A DNA stretch of 63,432 nucleotides, counting the filler, from Craspedostauros australis (taxonomy: Eukaryota), in assembly GCA_030167865.1 (NCBI GenBank). It is 13 parts of 13 records of this genome, joined end to end, with 100 filler letters (N's around TTAATTAATTAA, not from the genome) between each part and the next. Parts side by side here need not be neighbours in the genome. Positions count along the whole stretch, not along the records: positions 1 to 7,844 come from JALAGF010000366.1; positions 7,945 to 9,472 come from JALAGF010000369.1; positions 9,573 to 37,465 come from JALAGF010000370.1; 10 more parts are not named here. One strand, written 5' to 3'. The notes below the pieces were generated by a model. That model saw only the letters and a list, made by a program, of their open reading frames with translations, was not told where the DNA came from and did not search any database. Position numbers and translations under genes: made by a program. Positions 1 to 11,673 of this stretch are shown one piece after another (positions within the stretch are counted from its first letter, which is position 1; the number at the start of each line of letters is the position of its first letter).

Positions 1-1
1 C

Positions 2-562
2 AATGTGGACATGGACATGGATGGTGAGGATCCAGCTTCCACCAAAGACCCAACGTCAACCTACATCTCCACATCCGCCAACCGCCTCATGAGCGGCAGT
101 TCCGCTTCAGCTGGAGTGGTCTTGGACAAAAGCCAATCCACTCATTCCGCCATCCTCCTCAACGAGACCAACGACACCAACGAGGACATGCCCACCCAGC
201 TCGTCTCGCGCACCAACTCCATCGAAATATCCATCACTCCCATGATTCCCACAACTGATCCGGAGCAAACCATCAATCAAGATCCACCGGTCAAGCAGCT
301 CACGCGAAAAGAATCCATCGGACCCTCCAAGGGATCCAGCCAGCATCTCGATCCGAAGAACGTGGTCGAGCAGGACACCGGCAACACCACAAGCATGCAT
401 TCTGTCGACATTGAGGCACAGACGGCCACCAACACCACCACAAAGCCGACGATGCAGCAGGAACCAGCATCGAACAAAAGCAACATCATGGTCCCCATCG
501 TCATCGTGGCTGTCCTCATCATCGGCGGTGGCATCGCAGCAGGCGTCGTGCTGGCGGGCTGA
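2..562 (+). CDS. 3' part of a low-complexity Thr/Ser/Pro-rich protein with a C-terminal transmembrane anchor (5' partial)
   Basis: Frame is open from the window start; ends in hydrophobic IMVPIVIVAVLIIGGGIAAGVVLAG followed by TGA. Confidence 0.55.
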   Translation, partial: NVDMDMDGEDPASTKDPTSTYISTSANRLMSGSSASAGVVLDKSQSTHSAILLNETNDTNEDMPTQLVSRTNSIEISITPMIPTTDPEQTINQDPPVKQLTRKESIGPSKGSSQHLDPKNVVEQDTGNTTSMHSVDIEAQTATNTTTKPTMQQEPASNKSNIMVPIVIVAVLIIGGGIAAGVVLAG

Positions 563-1062
563 AACATCAGTTTTGTTTTGCGACTCTCGCTGCCGACGCC
601 TCTGACTTTCGTTGACCGCAAGTCAAGCATGCCGATCGCCGGAGATAGAGTATCCCAAATAGTAGTATCGTATTATAGTATCATCGTGACTCTCGTTGCT
701 TTGTTTGGTGTTGACGTTGCGTGGTTTCTCGTCATCGCAGATGCATCACTGTTGCGATCTTGGCAGCAACGCGTACGGGCATGGGCATGGGTGCTGCATA
801 CACACACTCGACTCGCTTACAGTCAGTGGAGTTGGATGAGAGCAGTTGTCCTACAGTTGTTTAAGGTGATACAGTATCGCATCAATCATCGATACACCTT
901 TCTTTGCTTTGTGGACACCGAGCGCCAATCAGAAGCCCCGTCGCTTTCACGAGTGTGGCCAGTTGGCTGCCAATTTCATTGAAGACCCATGATCTTATCG
1001 CTGCAGCGCTATTTCTTCTGTCGTTTCTGATCATGAAGCTCGGCACGACGATCGTCCCATGT

Positions 1063-2355
1063 CTATTTCAACATCTCACTGCACTGCAGCAGGATGTGAA
1101 AAGTCTTGTTCGTGGAACCCATTGGACCCATTGTACCCCCACGTTTGTTTGTTCTCATCAGCATCTCCCCAAACAGGGCCAGTGGCTGCGACCATGACGG
1201 GAGGGAACACAACACTTCTCTCACCTTGTTGCGATGATTTCGCCGCAAGATACGTTCAACAAGTGCATTGTACGAATGGGCATGTTTGCCAGGCGGGCTT
1301 GGACAAATGAAGAGATAGGTGAGTTGGGTAGTCTCCTCCAAGGCTTGCTCAAGTGCTTCCATTCGTGCCGAGAGAACCTCAGGCGCACCTTTAAACATGC
1401 TGGGAGAACCAAAGGCCAACCATCTGAGAGATGACAAGCTCTTGTTTCCCAGGAGTGATATCCAAGTGTCGAAGTTCACCATCTGCTGTTGTCGCGATGA
1501 CCAAACCCAAAGACTGGAAACCCTGAGCTTCTTCAGATGTGATGCATCTGAAAGGAGCTTGATGACCTGGTCGATTTCTTGTCGTAAGTAGGATTGTTGG
1601 TCGTGAGAGAACCAAGTCCACTCGATGTTGAGCTTGTTGATGCGCTTGTTTGACTGGAATAGCTTGGCCATGCCATCGCAAGTGATACAGGTTCTGTAAA
1701 AGGATACTTCGGTGACGCTGCAACTGTTTGGAGACAGCCATCTGCACAAATCAGCGCCCCCATTGGCGAGCTTACATAAACGAAACTCAACGTATTTTGA
1801 GTTGTGGGAGATGTTGAACATGAGCTTGTCGCAATCAACAAGATCACAAAAATCCAACTCCACACGACGTGACACAAGAGGGATATCGTGGAGCTGCTTC
1901 ATCTCCACGAAGCGTTGAGGCAAGCGGATGCAGTCGTCGAATGGAGACTTGGGTGAATGTTCGGCAGCCAATCGGAGTACGAAGCGAATCGCTTGCTTGT
2001 CTTCTTCTCCCAATTGGTCGATGGTGCCGAATTCCAGGTTCAGGGATCGAATCTGCATCTGCCCGAGGCCCTGGAGATACAAATCGCTCAGTAGAACCTG
2101 AGGTGACAAAGCAAAATACTTGTGCCGCTCCACCATCGATTCCAAGTCAGCAAAAGTGAATCCTGCTTCGATGGCCATGTCCCAGTGTTCCATCCGCTTG
2201 GGTGTGACACTGTAGCAGTTGATCTGCTGTCTTGGACGACTCTGCACATTGAACACGGTCTTCGATGACAGTTTTTTTCGATGGAGTTGTTTCCAGAAAG
2301 TGTTGAAGTCCGGATCATGGTTGGTGTTGGCGACGGCATCCGTGTTGCAGCTCAT
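1063..2355 (-). CDS. RNI-like leucine-rich-repeat protein (paralog 1)
   Basis: Repeated LxxLxL-type strands (INKLNI, LKKLRV, LRWLAF, LTYLFI) and C-terminal LRRN motif; colinear paralog at 7945-9422. ATG 2355 chosen because it aligns with the paralog start (D.VANTNHDP). Confidence 0.7.
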   Translation of the reverse strand: MSCNTDAVANTNHDPDFNTFWKQLHRKKLSSKTVFNVQSRPRQQINCYSVTPKRMEHWDMAIEAGFTFADLESMVERHKYFALSPQVLLSDLYLQGLGQMQIRSLNLEFGTIDQLGEEDKQAIRFVLRLAAEHSPKSPFDDCIRLPQRFVEMKQLHDIPLVSRRVELDFCDLVDCDKLMFNISHNSKYVEFRLCKLANGGADLCRWLSPNSCSVTEVSFYRTCITCDGMAKLFQSNKRINKLNIEWTWFSHDQQSYLRQEIDQVIKLLSDASHLKKLRVSSLWVWSSRQQQMVNFDTWISLLGNKSLSSLRWLAFGSPSMFKGAPEVLSARMEALEQALEETTQLTYLFICPSPPGKHAHSYNALVERILRRNHRNKVREVLCSLPSWSQPLALFGEMLMRTNKRGGTMGPMGSTNKTFHILLQCSEMLK

Positions 2356-3357
2356 CCTGTTGTATGTTGTTGAGAATGGCTGTGGTGTGGGAGCCGTCAA
2401 TGGTGTTGGGAGTACTGCGACAGAACAAGTAGCGTGGTCTTCAAGGCTCTTGCGATTGGACGTTGTAGAAGTATCGATTCTGAGATTGTGTGTTTGTGTG
2501 ATCACGCGAGCTTGTGCATGGAATCCTCCGCTTCGCCATCCTGTGTGTCGATCATGGAGCCGTATTGTGTTGATGAGCACACTCACAGCCTTGATCGTTT
2601 GCGCACCCTGTGGGATCTCCGCCAATTGCGCTCACGGCCAAGATGAGATATCGTGGATAGCCACATCACAACTCCCATTGTGCTGTCCAAGATACTTGGG
2701 GCACTGCAGACTGCAATACGAGGAGGAGGTAAACGCAAAAGTGCATCGTGTGCAATCGTACATGGTTGCAGGCCACACGATGCTTTCCCACTCGTTGCGC
2801 AGACGGGCGGATCGTGTCACGTTGCTTCCACCACGTTGCGCGCAACAGTGGACTCTCCGCGAACAAGCGAACGACTCCGTCTTTGGAGATGTTGCGCCGT
2901 GGGAAATCACACTGCGACAACATCAAAGTCTCATTCGCTCTTCCACGCAAGTGCTGTGTCCATCGTGTTTCCACGATGTGACCATCAAGCGTGTCCATTG
3001 GAAACGATTGTGCTTGCGATTGCTCTTATACGTACGTTGGTCATGTGGATCATACAATAGGTCGTATCGAGTCGATGAGCCAACTCCACCTGCCCTCACT
3101 CTATCAATTATCTACACTCGATGTCATAGCCATGCGTGGTTGGCATCAGTTTTGTCGGCATCAATTTTTGGATTGTGTCGCAAAACAAGAATCCACACAA
3201 ACAACACACACCCTCCCCTCCTCTTCTTCCTCACAAAATCACAACAAGATCAACCAAAACACGAATCCAACTACAGCAAAAGCAAAAGCAACAGGAACCA
3301 ACACACCCACACCACACTACTCCGCGTGAAATCTCCTCTGCAGTTATCCAAGCAACC

Positions 3358-3888
3358 ATGACATCCACCAACCATCACTTCAACAGTCTTTTTGCTGACA
3401 TCCAAAACGCCAAGCTCGCCGCCAACGCCATCCAAGCGCACGCCCATTCCATGAACACGACGAACGACGATCTTCGTAACAAGATTCTGTCATTGAAGAG
3501 CCAATACAACAGCCTCAACGCTGAAATCGAGGCGCTGGAGATCGAGAAGAAAGCGAAGACGATGACTCAGCAGCTGCAACGCAAGCACCATCAACAAATC
3601 GCAGTGCCAATTGCTGTCGCGGACATCAACAGCAGACTTCAAACGTTCTGCGTTGACGATTGTGCGCAGCCAATCAGCGATGATGAATCCATCATCACAC
3701 ATTCAAGTACCGCTTCATCTCACTCAAATCAACTTCCCCGTGCTGCAAAAGGAACGCCACGCAAACAGAAGAAGGAGAAGAAGTCAGGAAAACAATCCTT
3801 CTCCAAGCGCAGACACTCATCATCGCCTCCCAAGAAGTGGCGACGCATGATCCGATCCAAGCGATTGCAATCCATTCTGCTGGCGTAA
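3358..3888 (+). CDS. Small coiled-coil protein with basic C-terminus (hypothetical, 176 aa)
   Basis: ATG after an A/C-rich leader; heptad region LRNKILSLKSQYNSLNAEIEALEIE; K/R-rich tail. Confidence 0.55.
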   Translation: MTSTNHHFNSLFADIQNAKLAANAIQAHAHSMNTTNDDLRNKILSLKSQYNSLNAEIEALEIEKKAKTMTQQLQRKHHQQIAVPIAVADINSRLQTFCVDDCAQPISDDESIITHSSTASSHSNQLPRAAKGTPRKQKKEKKSGKQSFSKRRHSSSPPKKWRRMIRSKRLQSILLA

Positions 3889-6122
3889 TCACAGCAATCA
3901 CTTCAACATTCAGCCGCAGATAAATGAGTAGCAACGATGGTGCGCAGCACTCTGGGAACCATGAAACCTTCTATTATATAATACTTCCACTCGACAGATA
4001 ACATGAAATAAATTGACGAAATTGTGATAGTCCCATGAGTTCCGTCTTCGTTCGAGTCCTCCCTCTCTCCGGAAAGAGAGAGAGAGAGAGGGAATAGTCC
4101 ATCATGCTCTTGAGACTCACAAGCTACGCGACTGGCTGTCTGTATCGTTGTTGTGAAATCGTCATGGCTGAAAGAGCAGCTGGAAACGCTGGAACGATGC
4201 GCAGCACCGTACCAGTACCACTGCAAAGGTCACGGAGAATCCGCAACGAAGCAATGGGGGTTGGTTAGCTGTGTGGTGTCCTGTCGTGGCTTACTCGTAT
4301 CAGTAACGTTTGACGCAACTCGCGCCAGTAAGGATGAACAACCTGGAGCGTTGCGATTGTATTCTCATCGTATCCTCGAAAGTGTTTCCCAACGCCGACA
4401 CACGCCTCATCGATGCTTTCTCGCCGAATGATCTTTTTCGGATACGGGTGCGATTCATAGTCGTAGAGCACGCGCACCAATGCGAGGGAGAAACGAGGGT
4501 TGCTGGCATGGGTCAAGCCAGCGCCAACACAGCGTTGCAAGGAGGGAGAGAAGTCGACGTTGGCACACATGAACTCCTCACCCTTTCCTCACCCTTTCCT
4601 CACTTTGAAGTGCTCCCCTCCTTCTGCGTACCATATGTCTCCCTGTATCAACCGATCTGCTCTCGCCATGGCCGAGAAGCGGCACCGAACTCATCGTCAT
4701 CAGCATCTTTGGAGCCAGCAAAGCAACCAGATGCCGATGACGAGCGCTACACTCCATCAACAGGGGGGCAGTGATTGGAACACCCGGACCTCTTGGAGAA
4801 GCAGGTCCATGGACCGTCGCGGCGCCACATCCCTTCGCGCCTGCTATGCTGGAGCCTCACAAAGACCATTTGGCGCAGGCCCGACGGCAACCACTGCCGC
4901 CCTTCGAACCATACACGCTTACAGAAATGGACCACAAGGCTCAAGCGCAGAGAGATGTTTTGCAGGAATTATGTCCAATTCAATCAACCACGGCATCTCG
5001 TGGCGGATCTTCGGCGACAACCGACGCACTCGAAACGATTGCAAATGATTCCACGGCAGACCAACCCCGCATGCCAGGCCATTAATCCATAAGCTGCGGC
5101 AATCACCGCGCAGCTCGTCCATGTGCCATTTAGGAAGGCATGCACATTTGCAGCAGTGATAGCGAAAGTGACACCATCGTGCATGACAGCATCGTGATTG
5201 CCACCGCTGCGACCAATCCGGCACCTGTGCTCACAATCCCAGCTGCATCCAAGGATCCCCTCGTGTGCCGATTTCTTGAAGTCTGGGTCGGGTCCCGTGC
5301 TTTGCGGCTGACGGTGGTGACAACGAAGAAGTTGCATCACCAGTAGCGCGCTCCTGTTGCTTCAGTTGCTGCACCATTGCAGAGGATCGCACGGCGTCTG
5401 CTTTTTCTTCAGATACGATCCGTGCGATTTCGGAGAATGCGTCTGGCGCGCCGACTTGAGATACGCACCTTCGTGCGACAAGTGCCAGGAGACGGTTGAT
5501 TGGGATGGTCTCGTAGATGTGACTCTGACCCGAAGCTCTTCCGGACAGCTTGCGCATTGGATGGCGAGACGTATTGCAGATGTGCGAATCCCGCGTGGTT
5601 TCTAAACTCATCAGCGGCCACATGCGTGTGCATGCATGCGTGGATATATAGGTGTATCTATGCTTGCGCGATGACAGCACGAGAAGAGCGGGCAAACGAC
5701 ATAATGCTCCAACGAGCTATGAGAATCAAATAGCATGGTGTGGCATGATGCTCTACGAATGGATTGCTTTCTTTGGGGATGGTTAGTGCAAGCAGTTTCT
5801 GTATTTGAGACGGCGCGGCAGATCTATGAGTATGCATGTGCAAGGTATCTCACAATCTCTCACAGCAGACGTCTCGCTTCGACGACCACGCTCATGCTCA
5901 TTCTTTCGCTCTGATGTTCAGTGTGTTGGTCGGCAGCTCTGCCCTTTCTACCAGGACCACGATGCTCACGACGCACCCGAGTGCAGCACAACGCAGCGCA
6001 ATGACAACCAATTGCGTTCTCAAATCAAACGGATGGAGAGAAGGAGAGAGAGAGAGAGAGATGTCCATATCTGTCTGCCCCAGTATAATAGCAGAGCGGC
6101 CATCAATCATCGGACATCAAAA

Positions 6123-6902
6123 TCACTTGTCAACAACGTTGTACTTCGCGAAGAGGTTCTCGAGCTTCGTCATGGCCTTGAACTCCAGGTTGTTTCCCGA
6201 TGGATCCTTGAAGAACATCGTCCACTGCTCACCCGGCATCCCTTGGAAGCGCAGGTGCGGCTCGATGATGAATTCGATGCCGGCCTGCTTCAGTCGATCC
6301 GCCAGATCGTGGAACTGTTCCACGGTCAGCGCCAATCCGGTATGAGGCACGGGGACCTCGTCACCATCGACCGGGTTGTAGTAGTCCTTGCACCTGTAGT
6401 CGCTGCCGACCCAGTGCGCCACAATCTGATGCCCGTGCAGGCTGTAATCCTGCCACTTCTCCGAGCTGCGGCCCTCGACGCATCCCAGAACGTTGCCGTA
6501 GAAGTCCTTGGCGAGGTCCAGATCGTGGACGGGAAATGCGTAGTGGAATGGCGATCCGGGGGCAGGCGATGCCAAGGTTTCGTACTGCTGCTGTCCTTCT
6601 GCCGTTGCGGGTTCATCGCCTCCACCTCGTGTGGAAAGGAGGGCCTTCTGAAGCGACCACGCTGAGGAAGACGACGTCGACCTGCTAGCTGTCGCTGTTT
6701 GTTTCGCTAGCAGAAGTTGGGCGTGCGTGAAAAGACCGCGTGTGAAGGATGCGGCCGCTGCTGAGGATGCCAATGATGATGACTGCGTTGAGTCATTGAT
6801 GGCAGCAGCAAGCCCAGGAATCGAACCGGCAGTGGATCCAACCGTCGCGGACACGACAGTGAATGGAGCCAGAGTGGCAAACACTGGTGCGATGCGCATC
6901 AT
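6123..6902 (-). CDS. Glyoxalase/VOC (extradiol dioxygenase-like, COG3565-type) protein with N-terminal signal/targeting extension
   Basis: Motifs PFHYAFPVHDL, FYGNVLGC.EGRS, HQIVAH, VPVPHTG, EQWTMFFKDPSGNNLEFK; hydrophobic N-terminus followed by an S/A-rich linker. Confidence 0.85.
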   Translation of the reverse strand: MMRIAPVFATLAPFTVVSATVGSTAGSIPGLAAAINDSTQSSSLASSAAAASFTRGLFTHAQLLLAKQTATASRSTSSSSAWSLQKALLSTRGGGDEPATAEGQQQYETLASPAPGSPFHYAFPVHDLDLAKDFYGNVLGCVEGRSSEKWQDYSLHGHQIVAHWVGSDYRCKDYYNPVDGDEVPVPHTGLALTVEQFHDLADRLKQAGIEFIIEPHLRFQGMPGEQWTMFFKDPSGNNLEFKAMTKLENLFAKYNVVDK

Positions 6903-7844
6903 GTTGTTGGTCGATGACAAGAGAGAGAGAGAGAGAGGAATCAGGATAAATCGAGATGAATCTGCGTGATACAGTTGATGAACCAGAGGTGATCCACACA
7001 AGAGCGAGGTTGCATGGTGCTGTTGGATGGATGATACCCAGTGATGGTACCAGTGATGGCCCCAAAGTGGCTGATCGCCTTGTCGGCGTTCGCGTTGTAC
7101 AGAATGACGTCATCTTGAACATGGTGATTGGCATTGGATGGTGGACAACCTTTTCTGGTCATTGCCGATCTCCTCGACTCCACGAGACTCATCTTTTCGC
7201 AGAGCATTCACTTCAGATCAATCCATTTGTTGTCGTTGTTGTTGTCGGCCAACAGAAGACAACACACGAGGATGAGCGAAGGAGAGAACTCACAAGCATC
7301 TCGTACTTGTGCTCGTGTCATACGCACAGTCTTGCGTATGGAGAAATCCACAGCTCTTCATTGCGACGCTCTGCCATTACTTGGACTCTCCACCGTCTGA
7401 AGCATACGTACAATTACCATACCACAATGCAAGCTACCCGCAGTACGAATCACGATCGAACAACAGCCACCGGAGTCACCGGAGTCGCCTTCCAGGATCG
7501 GCACAGGCGATGAGCGCCAAGATGCCACCAGTACTACGAGACTGATGACGGTGCCAGTGGCGACTCTGATCGGAATCGGAGTTGCTGCGGACACAGTCTC
7601 GCAGTCCCCGGTGCCTGGCGGCGACGGCGATGGTGCTGGGCCATCCATCGTCGCGTCATTTGCTGCCACCGCATCACTCCACCGACCATCAACCAGATGC
7701 TTCTGATGTGAACCGCCAGCAAAGTTGGTGTATCATGAATCCATCGAAACCCATCAGCCCAAGGAAAGAGCAATGCTGGATGAAGACATTCTCTGGACCA
7801 TGGCTCCGGAAGACTCTTCGCAGGCCACCCACGAACTGGAAGAT

Positions 7845-7944
7845 NNNNNNNNNNNNNNNNNNNNNNNNNNNNNNNNNNNNNNNNNNNNTTAATTAATTAA
7901 NNNNNNNNNNNNNNNNNNNNNNNNNNNNNNNNNNNNNNNNNNNN
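7845..7944. other. Artificial contig-join linker (N-run with TTAATTAATTAA). Also at 9473-9572, 37466-37565, 38634-38733, 43999-44098, 45552-45651, 47760-47859, 51067-51166, 52290-52389, 54934-55033, 58741-58840, 59924-60023
   Basis: Same 100-nt spacer with stops in all six frames, present 12 times. Confidence 0.98.
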
Positions 7945-9422
7945 GCCTTTCTTTGCAAACTGTCAAGTGGAACCTTCGTCGCTTTGGCGAGTATGGCCAG
8001 TCCGTTATCACTTCCGATGCTCTGGCAGAAGCGCTTTGATCTATTCCAGGCGACGTCTTGTCTTTGCTGGTTCTTCTCTTGGGCAGTGGGATCCTTCTCA
8101 ACTTGGACGAGCTGACCTGCTCTCTTGTCATGCCTTGCCCGCTTCAACATCTCACTGCCCTGCAACAGAAGATGGAAAGTCTCGTTCGTGGAACCCATTG
8201 GACCCCAACGTCGGATTCTTGTCATCAGCATCTTCCCAAACAGGGCCAGCGGCCGCGACCATGTTGGAAGGGAACACAGCACTGCTCTCACCTTGTTGCG
8301 ATGATTTCGCCGCAAGNTANGTTCAACAAGCGCATTGTATGAATGGGCATGTTCGTCAGGCGGGCGTGGTCGAATGTCGAGGTAGGTGAGTTGGGTAGTC
8401 TCCCCCAAGGCATGCTGAAGTGCTTCCATTTGTGCCGAGAGGGTCTCAGGGGGAACCTCAGATATGTCGGGATTCCAGAACTCCAAGTATGTGAGAGATG
8501 ACAAGCCCTTGTTTCCCAGGAGTGATATCAAAGTGTCGAACCATGTATCTTGTTCTTGTCGCGATAACCCGTTCCAAATACCAGAAATCATGAGCTTCTT
8601 CAGGTGTGATGCATCTGAAAGGAAATTGATGATCTGGTCGATTTCTTGTCGTGAGCACATTTGTCGGGCGCTGTAGTCCCCACAGAAATTGATGCCGAGC
8701 TTGTTGATGCGCTTGTTTGACTGGAATAGCTTTGCCAAGCTATCGCAAGTGATACGGGTGGATAAAAATGTTGCTGTGGTGACTCTGCAATTGTTTGGAG
8801 ACAGCCATCTGCACAAATCAGCGCCCCCATCGGCGAGCTTGCAGTCACTGAATACAACGTGTTTCGAGTTTTGGGAGATGTTGAGCATGAGCTTGTCGCA
8901 ATCAACAAGATCACATGAATCCAAATACACACAATGTGTCACAAGAGGAATATCGTGGAGCTGCTTCATCTCCACGAAGGACTTATTCAATTGGATTCCT
9001 CTGTCGAATGGAACTTTGAGTGGATGTTCGGCAACCAATCGAAGTACGAATCGAATCGCTTGCTTGTCTTCCTCTCCAAATTGGTCAATGGTGCCGAATT
9101 CCAGTTTCAGGGATCCAATGCGCATCCGCCCGCAGCTCTGGAGCCACGAATCGCTCAGTAGAACATCAGGTGATATAATAACGATCTTGTGCCGCTCCAC
9201 CATCGATTTCAAGTCAGCGAAGGTGAATCCTGCTTCGATGGCCATGTCCCAGTGTTCCATCCGTTTGGGTGTGATGTCGCAGCAGTTGACTTGCATGTCG
9301 TAGTTGCCATCCGTAACGACGATGGTCGTCTGTGGCAATTGTTGTCCATAAAGCTGTTTCCAGAATGCCTCGAAGTGAGGGTCATGGTTGGTGTTGGCGA
9401 CATCATCCATGGTGCAGTTCAT
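7945..9422 (-). CDS. RNI-like leucine-rich-repeat protein (paralog 2, 3' end runs into gap)
   Basis: Aligns along its length with 1063-2355 (e.g. TPKRMEHWDMAIEAGFTFADL, FGTIDQ.GEEDKQAIRFVLRL, ADLCRWLSPN). Confidence 0.7.
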
Positions 9423-10767
9423 CCGTTTCTTGTTGTCACTGTCGTCGCAGTTGTTACGGCTGATGCCGATTGNNNNNNNNNNNNNNNNNNNNNNNNNNNN
9501 NNNNNNNNNNNNNNNNTTAATTAATTAANNNNNNNNNNNNNNNNNNNNNNNNNNNNNNNNNNNNNNNNNNNNGGCTTCTTCCAGCCTTTCCAAGTCAGTT
9601 ACTAGAGAGACAGACTAAGCAAGTAGAGCAGAGCAGAGTAATTGGTTGTACACGCAGGAACAATGCATCGCGCAGGAGGCCCATTTTGCCTGTCGTTGTT
9701 GTCATTTTTTGTTTGTGTGGTTGCCAATTCGAATGAATCCCGTTGGGTCTTTGTTTTTAGACCTGAGGGAAATTATATATATTACCATGGCTCCCAGACG
9801 TACAACGCGTGTGGGTGTGCAGGTACGGGTATGTAGGGGAGCTTTGCTCTCGTCGCGCATGTTGTGTGAGTTCTCACGGCTGGTGCGAGCGCGGCAGAAT
9901 ACAATCCCGAAGCGCGGGTGGGCAACAAAAACTCGTCCGCACTGCCCCAAGAGGAGCAGAGCGTTAGTACCACAGAGCGCACACGTTGCAATGCTACGAG
10001 TAGTCAGTAGTAGGACAGTCGTCAACACCAAACAGAAGCAAACATTTCGAGCAGCAGCGCCACCCTGGTTTCCGAAACCGCTTGGGGCAAGAACGGGACA
10101 ACAGCACCGCGGAGCAACAAAACCCACAATCGCACACCCAAAGCCACAACCACAGCTGCGCCAAACATCACAACCACAATTACATTCACACAACCGAACC
10201 ATCCCCGAGAGCAAGCAAACACCCTGGCTTGCGTCTCCTTGATCATCGAGGCATCCACCATTGTCCATTGAGCTGCTCCGCCTGCGCCGCATTGCCTGAT
10301 CGTCATCGTCGGCCAAGAACGAGGAGAAACCGCGACACGGTGAAAACGCTTGATCGGAAAGCGGGAGAGGCAAAGAGCAACTACGACCAGACACTGCGAC
10401 TGCGCTTCAGATCGCACGACCAAGGACCCACGACCACCACAACCCCCGTCCAGAACGCCTTCATGCCACCAGCATCGGTCGTACCATCGTCACTGTGAGC
10501 ATCAACACACAGCATCATAACATTGCAGCTGAGCAATTAGACACGTTAACAAACGCACACGAAGACCAGCAGCAAAGCAAGCAGCCACACTGATTGGTAA
10601 ACTTGGCCGAAGCTAGACCAACCCCGTTTCTCACCAACCAAGAACGGACTCAGAAGCATCGCTTCGCAACACTCTTGACGTTCTCGAATCCACGAATAGC
10701 AGCAGCGGCAACGGCAACAGCAACGGCTCATAAGTCCAAGGCAAGAGGAAAGGCAAGAGAGGCACCC

Positions 10768-11673
10768 ATGGCACCGACAACGGCCCCAAACGCTAACGAT
10801 AGCAGCAGCTGCAGCAGCGAAAGCCAATTGACCATGTCGCAACCGCAACACATCGAGCTCCAGCCGCGATGCAAGAGCGCCCAGCTGCCCAGGCCAGACC
10901 GCAGCATCCTGAAGAAGAGATCCAGCATCACCAGAGCAGGAACCAAGGCCGCGGCCGCTGATGTTGCCGCTGCCGCCTCCAAGCCAGTGGGCAAGGCGAA
11001 GAAGTCGGTGTCGTTCGGAAGCGGCTTTGGACAAGCCGGAGACGAGACTGCCGAGCTCGGAGCGGACGTCCAGGCCGACATCCACGAGATCGAGCGATGG
11101 CAGGACATGAGCGAGGACGAACGCGCCTGCGTCTGGTTCTCGCGCGACGAGTTCGCGGAGATCAAGCGCTCGTACAGGGACATCATCGCCCGGATGCGGA
11201 ACAAGGAGCTGCTGCGCGACACGGACGAAGTCTCCACGCGCGGCCTCGAATGCAGGAGCGGAGCGGGATCGCAACGACGCCGCGACACGCAGGTCAACAG
11301 CATGATGGCCGTGCTGGGAGAGCAGGCGAGGCAGCGGAACATGCGCCTCCACGAGGTCGAGACTCTGGCCGTCCTCTACAGGCAGTACTCCTACCACGCC
11401 CAGCAGGCCGCCACCAACATGGGCCGTCGAGACGAGTTCGCCGTCGCGGACTACATCCAGAACCTCCCCAAGGACCTCCAGGTGGGCATGTCCGAGACGC
11501 TGCTGATACGCATCTCCCTGCCATCAGCTCCATCATCCGGCCGCCGCAACCTCGGCTTCGGAGGATCTCCCTTGTTCGCGGCCCGCAACGGTCGCATCAA
11601 GATGGTCTCCTCACGAGGCGGCGCCGCTCGCTCCAGCGCGGCCACAGGTCGCAGACGAGCCGCTGCAGCTTGA
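10768..11673 (+). CDS. Diatom-typical hypothetical family protein (xVxF...W.S..E...RGLE...AVL.EQ...Y...DE)
   Basis: Strong GC3 codon bias; motifs SILKK, KKSVSF, WFSRDEF, TRGLE, AVLGEQARQ; start codon uncertain. Confidence 0.75.
   Translation: MAPTTAPNANDSSSCSSESQLTMSQPQHIELQPRCKSAQLPRPDRSILKKRSSITRAGTKAAAADVAAAASKPVGKAKKSVSFGSGFGQAGDETAELGADVQADIHEIERWQDMSEDERACVWFSRDEFAEIKRSYRDIIARMRNKELLRDTDEVSTRGLECRSGAGSQRRRDTQVNSMMAVLGEQARQRNMRLHEVETLAVLYRQYSYHAQQAATNMGRRDEFAVADYIQNLPKDLQVGMSETLLIRISLPSAPSSGRRNLGFGGSPLFAARNGRIKMVSSRGGAARSSAATGRRRAAAA

Noticed and set aside
2219..3361. 380-aa ORF on the + strand
   Set aside because: Non-ATG start, overlaps the LRR gene antisense and promoter region, and composition is not protein-like
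3900..5750. Protein-like short ORFs on the minus strand (4265-4570, 5231-5695)
   Set aside because: Could be a decayed or multi-exon gene, but no family or consistent splice model could be supported
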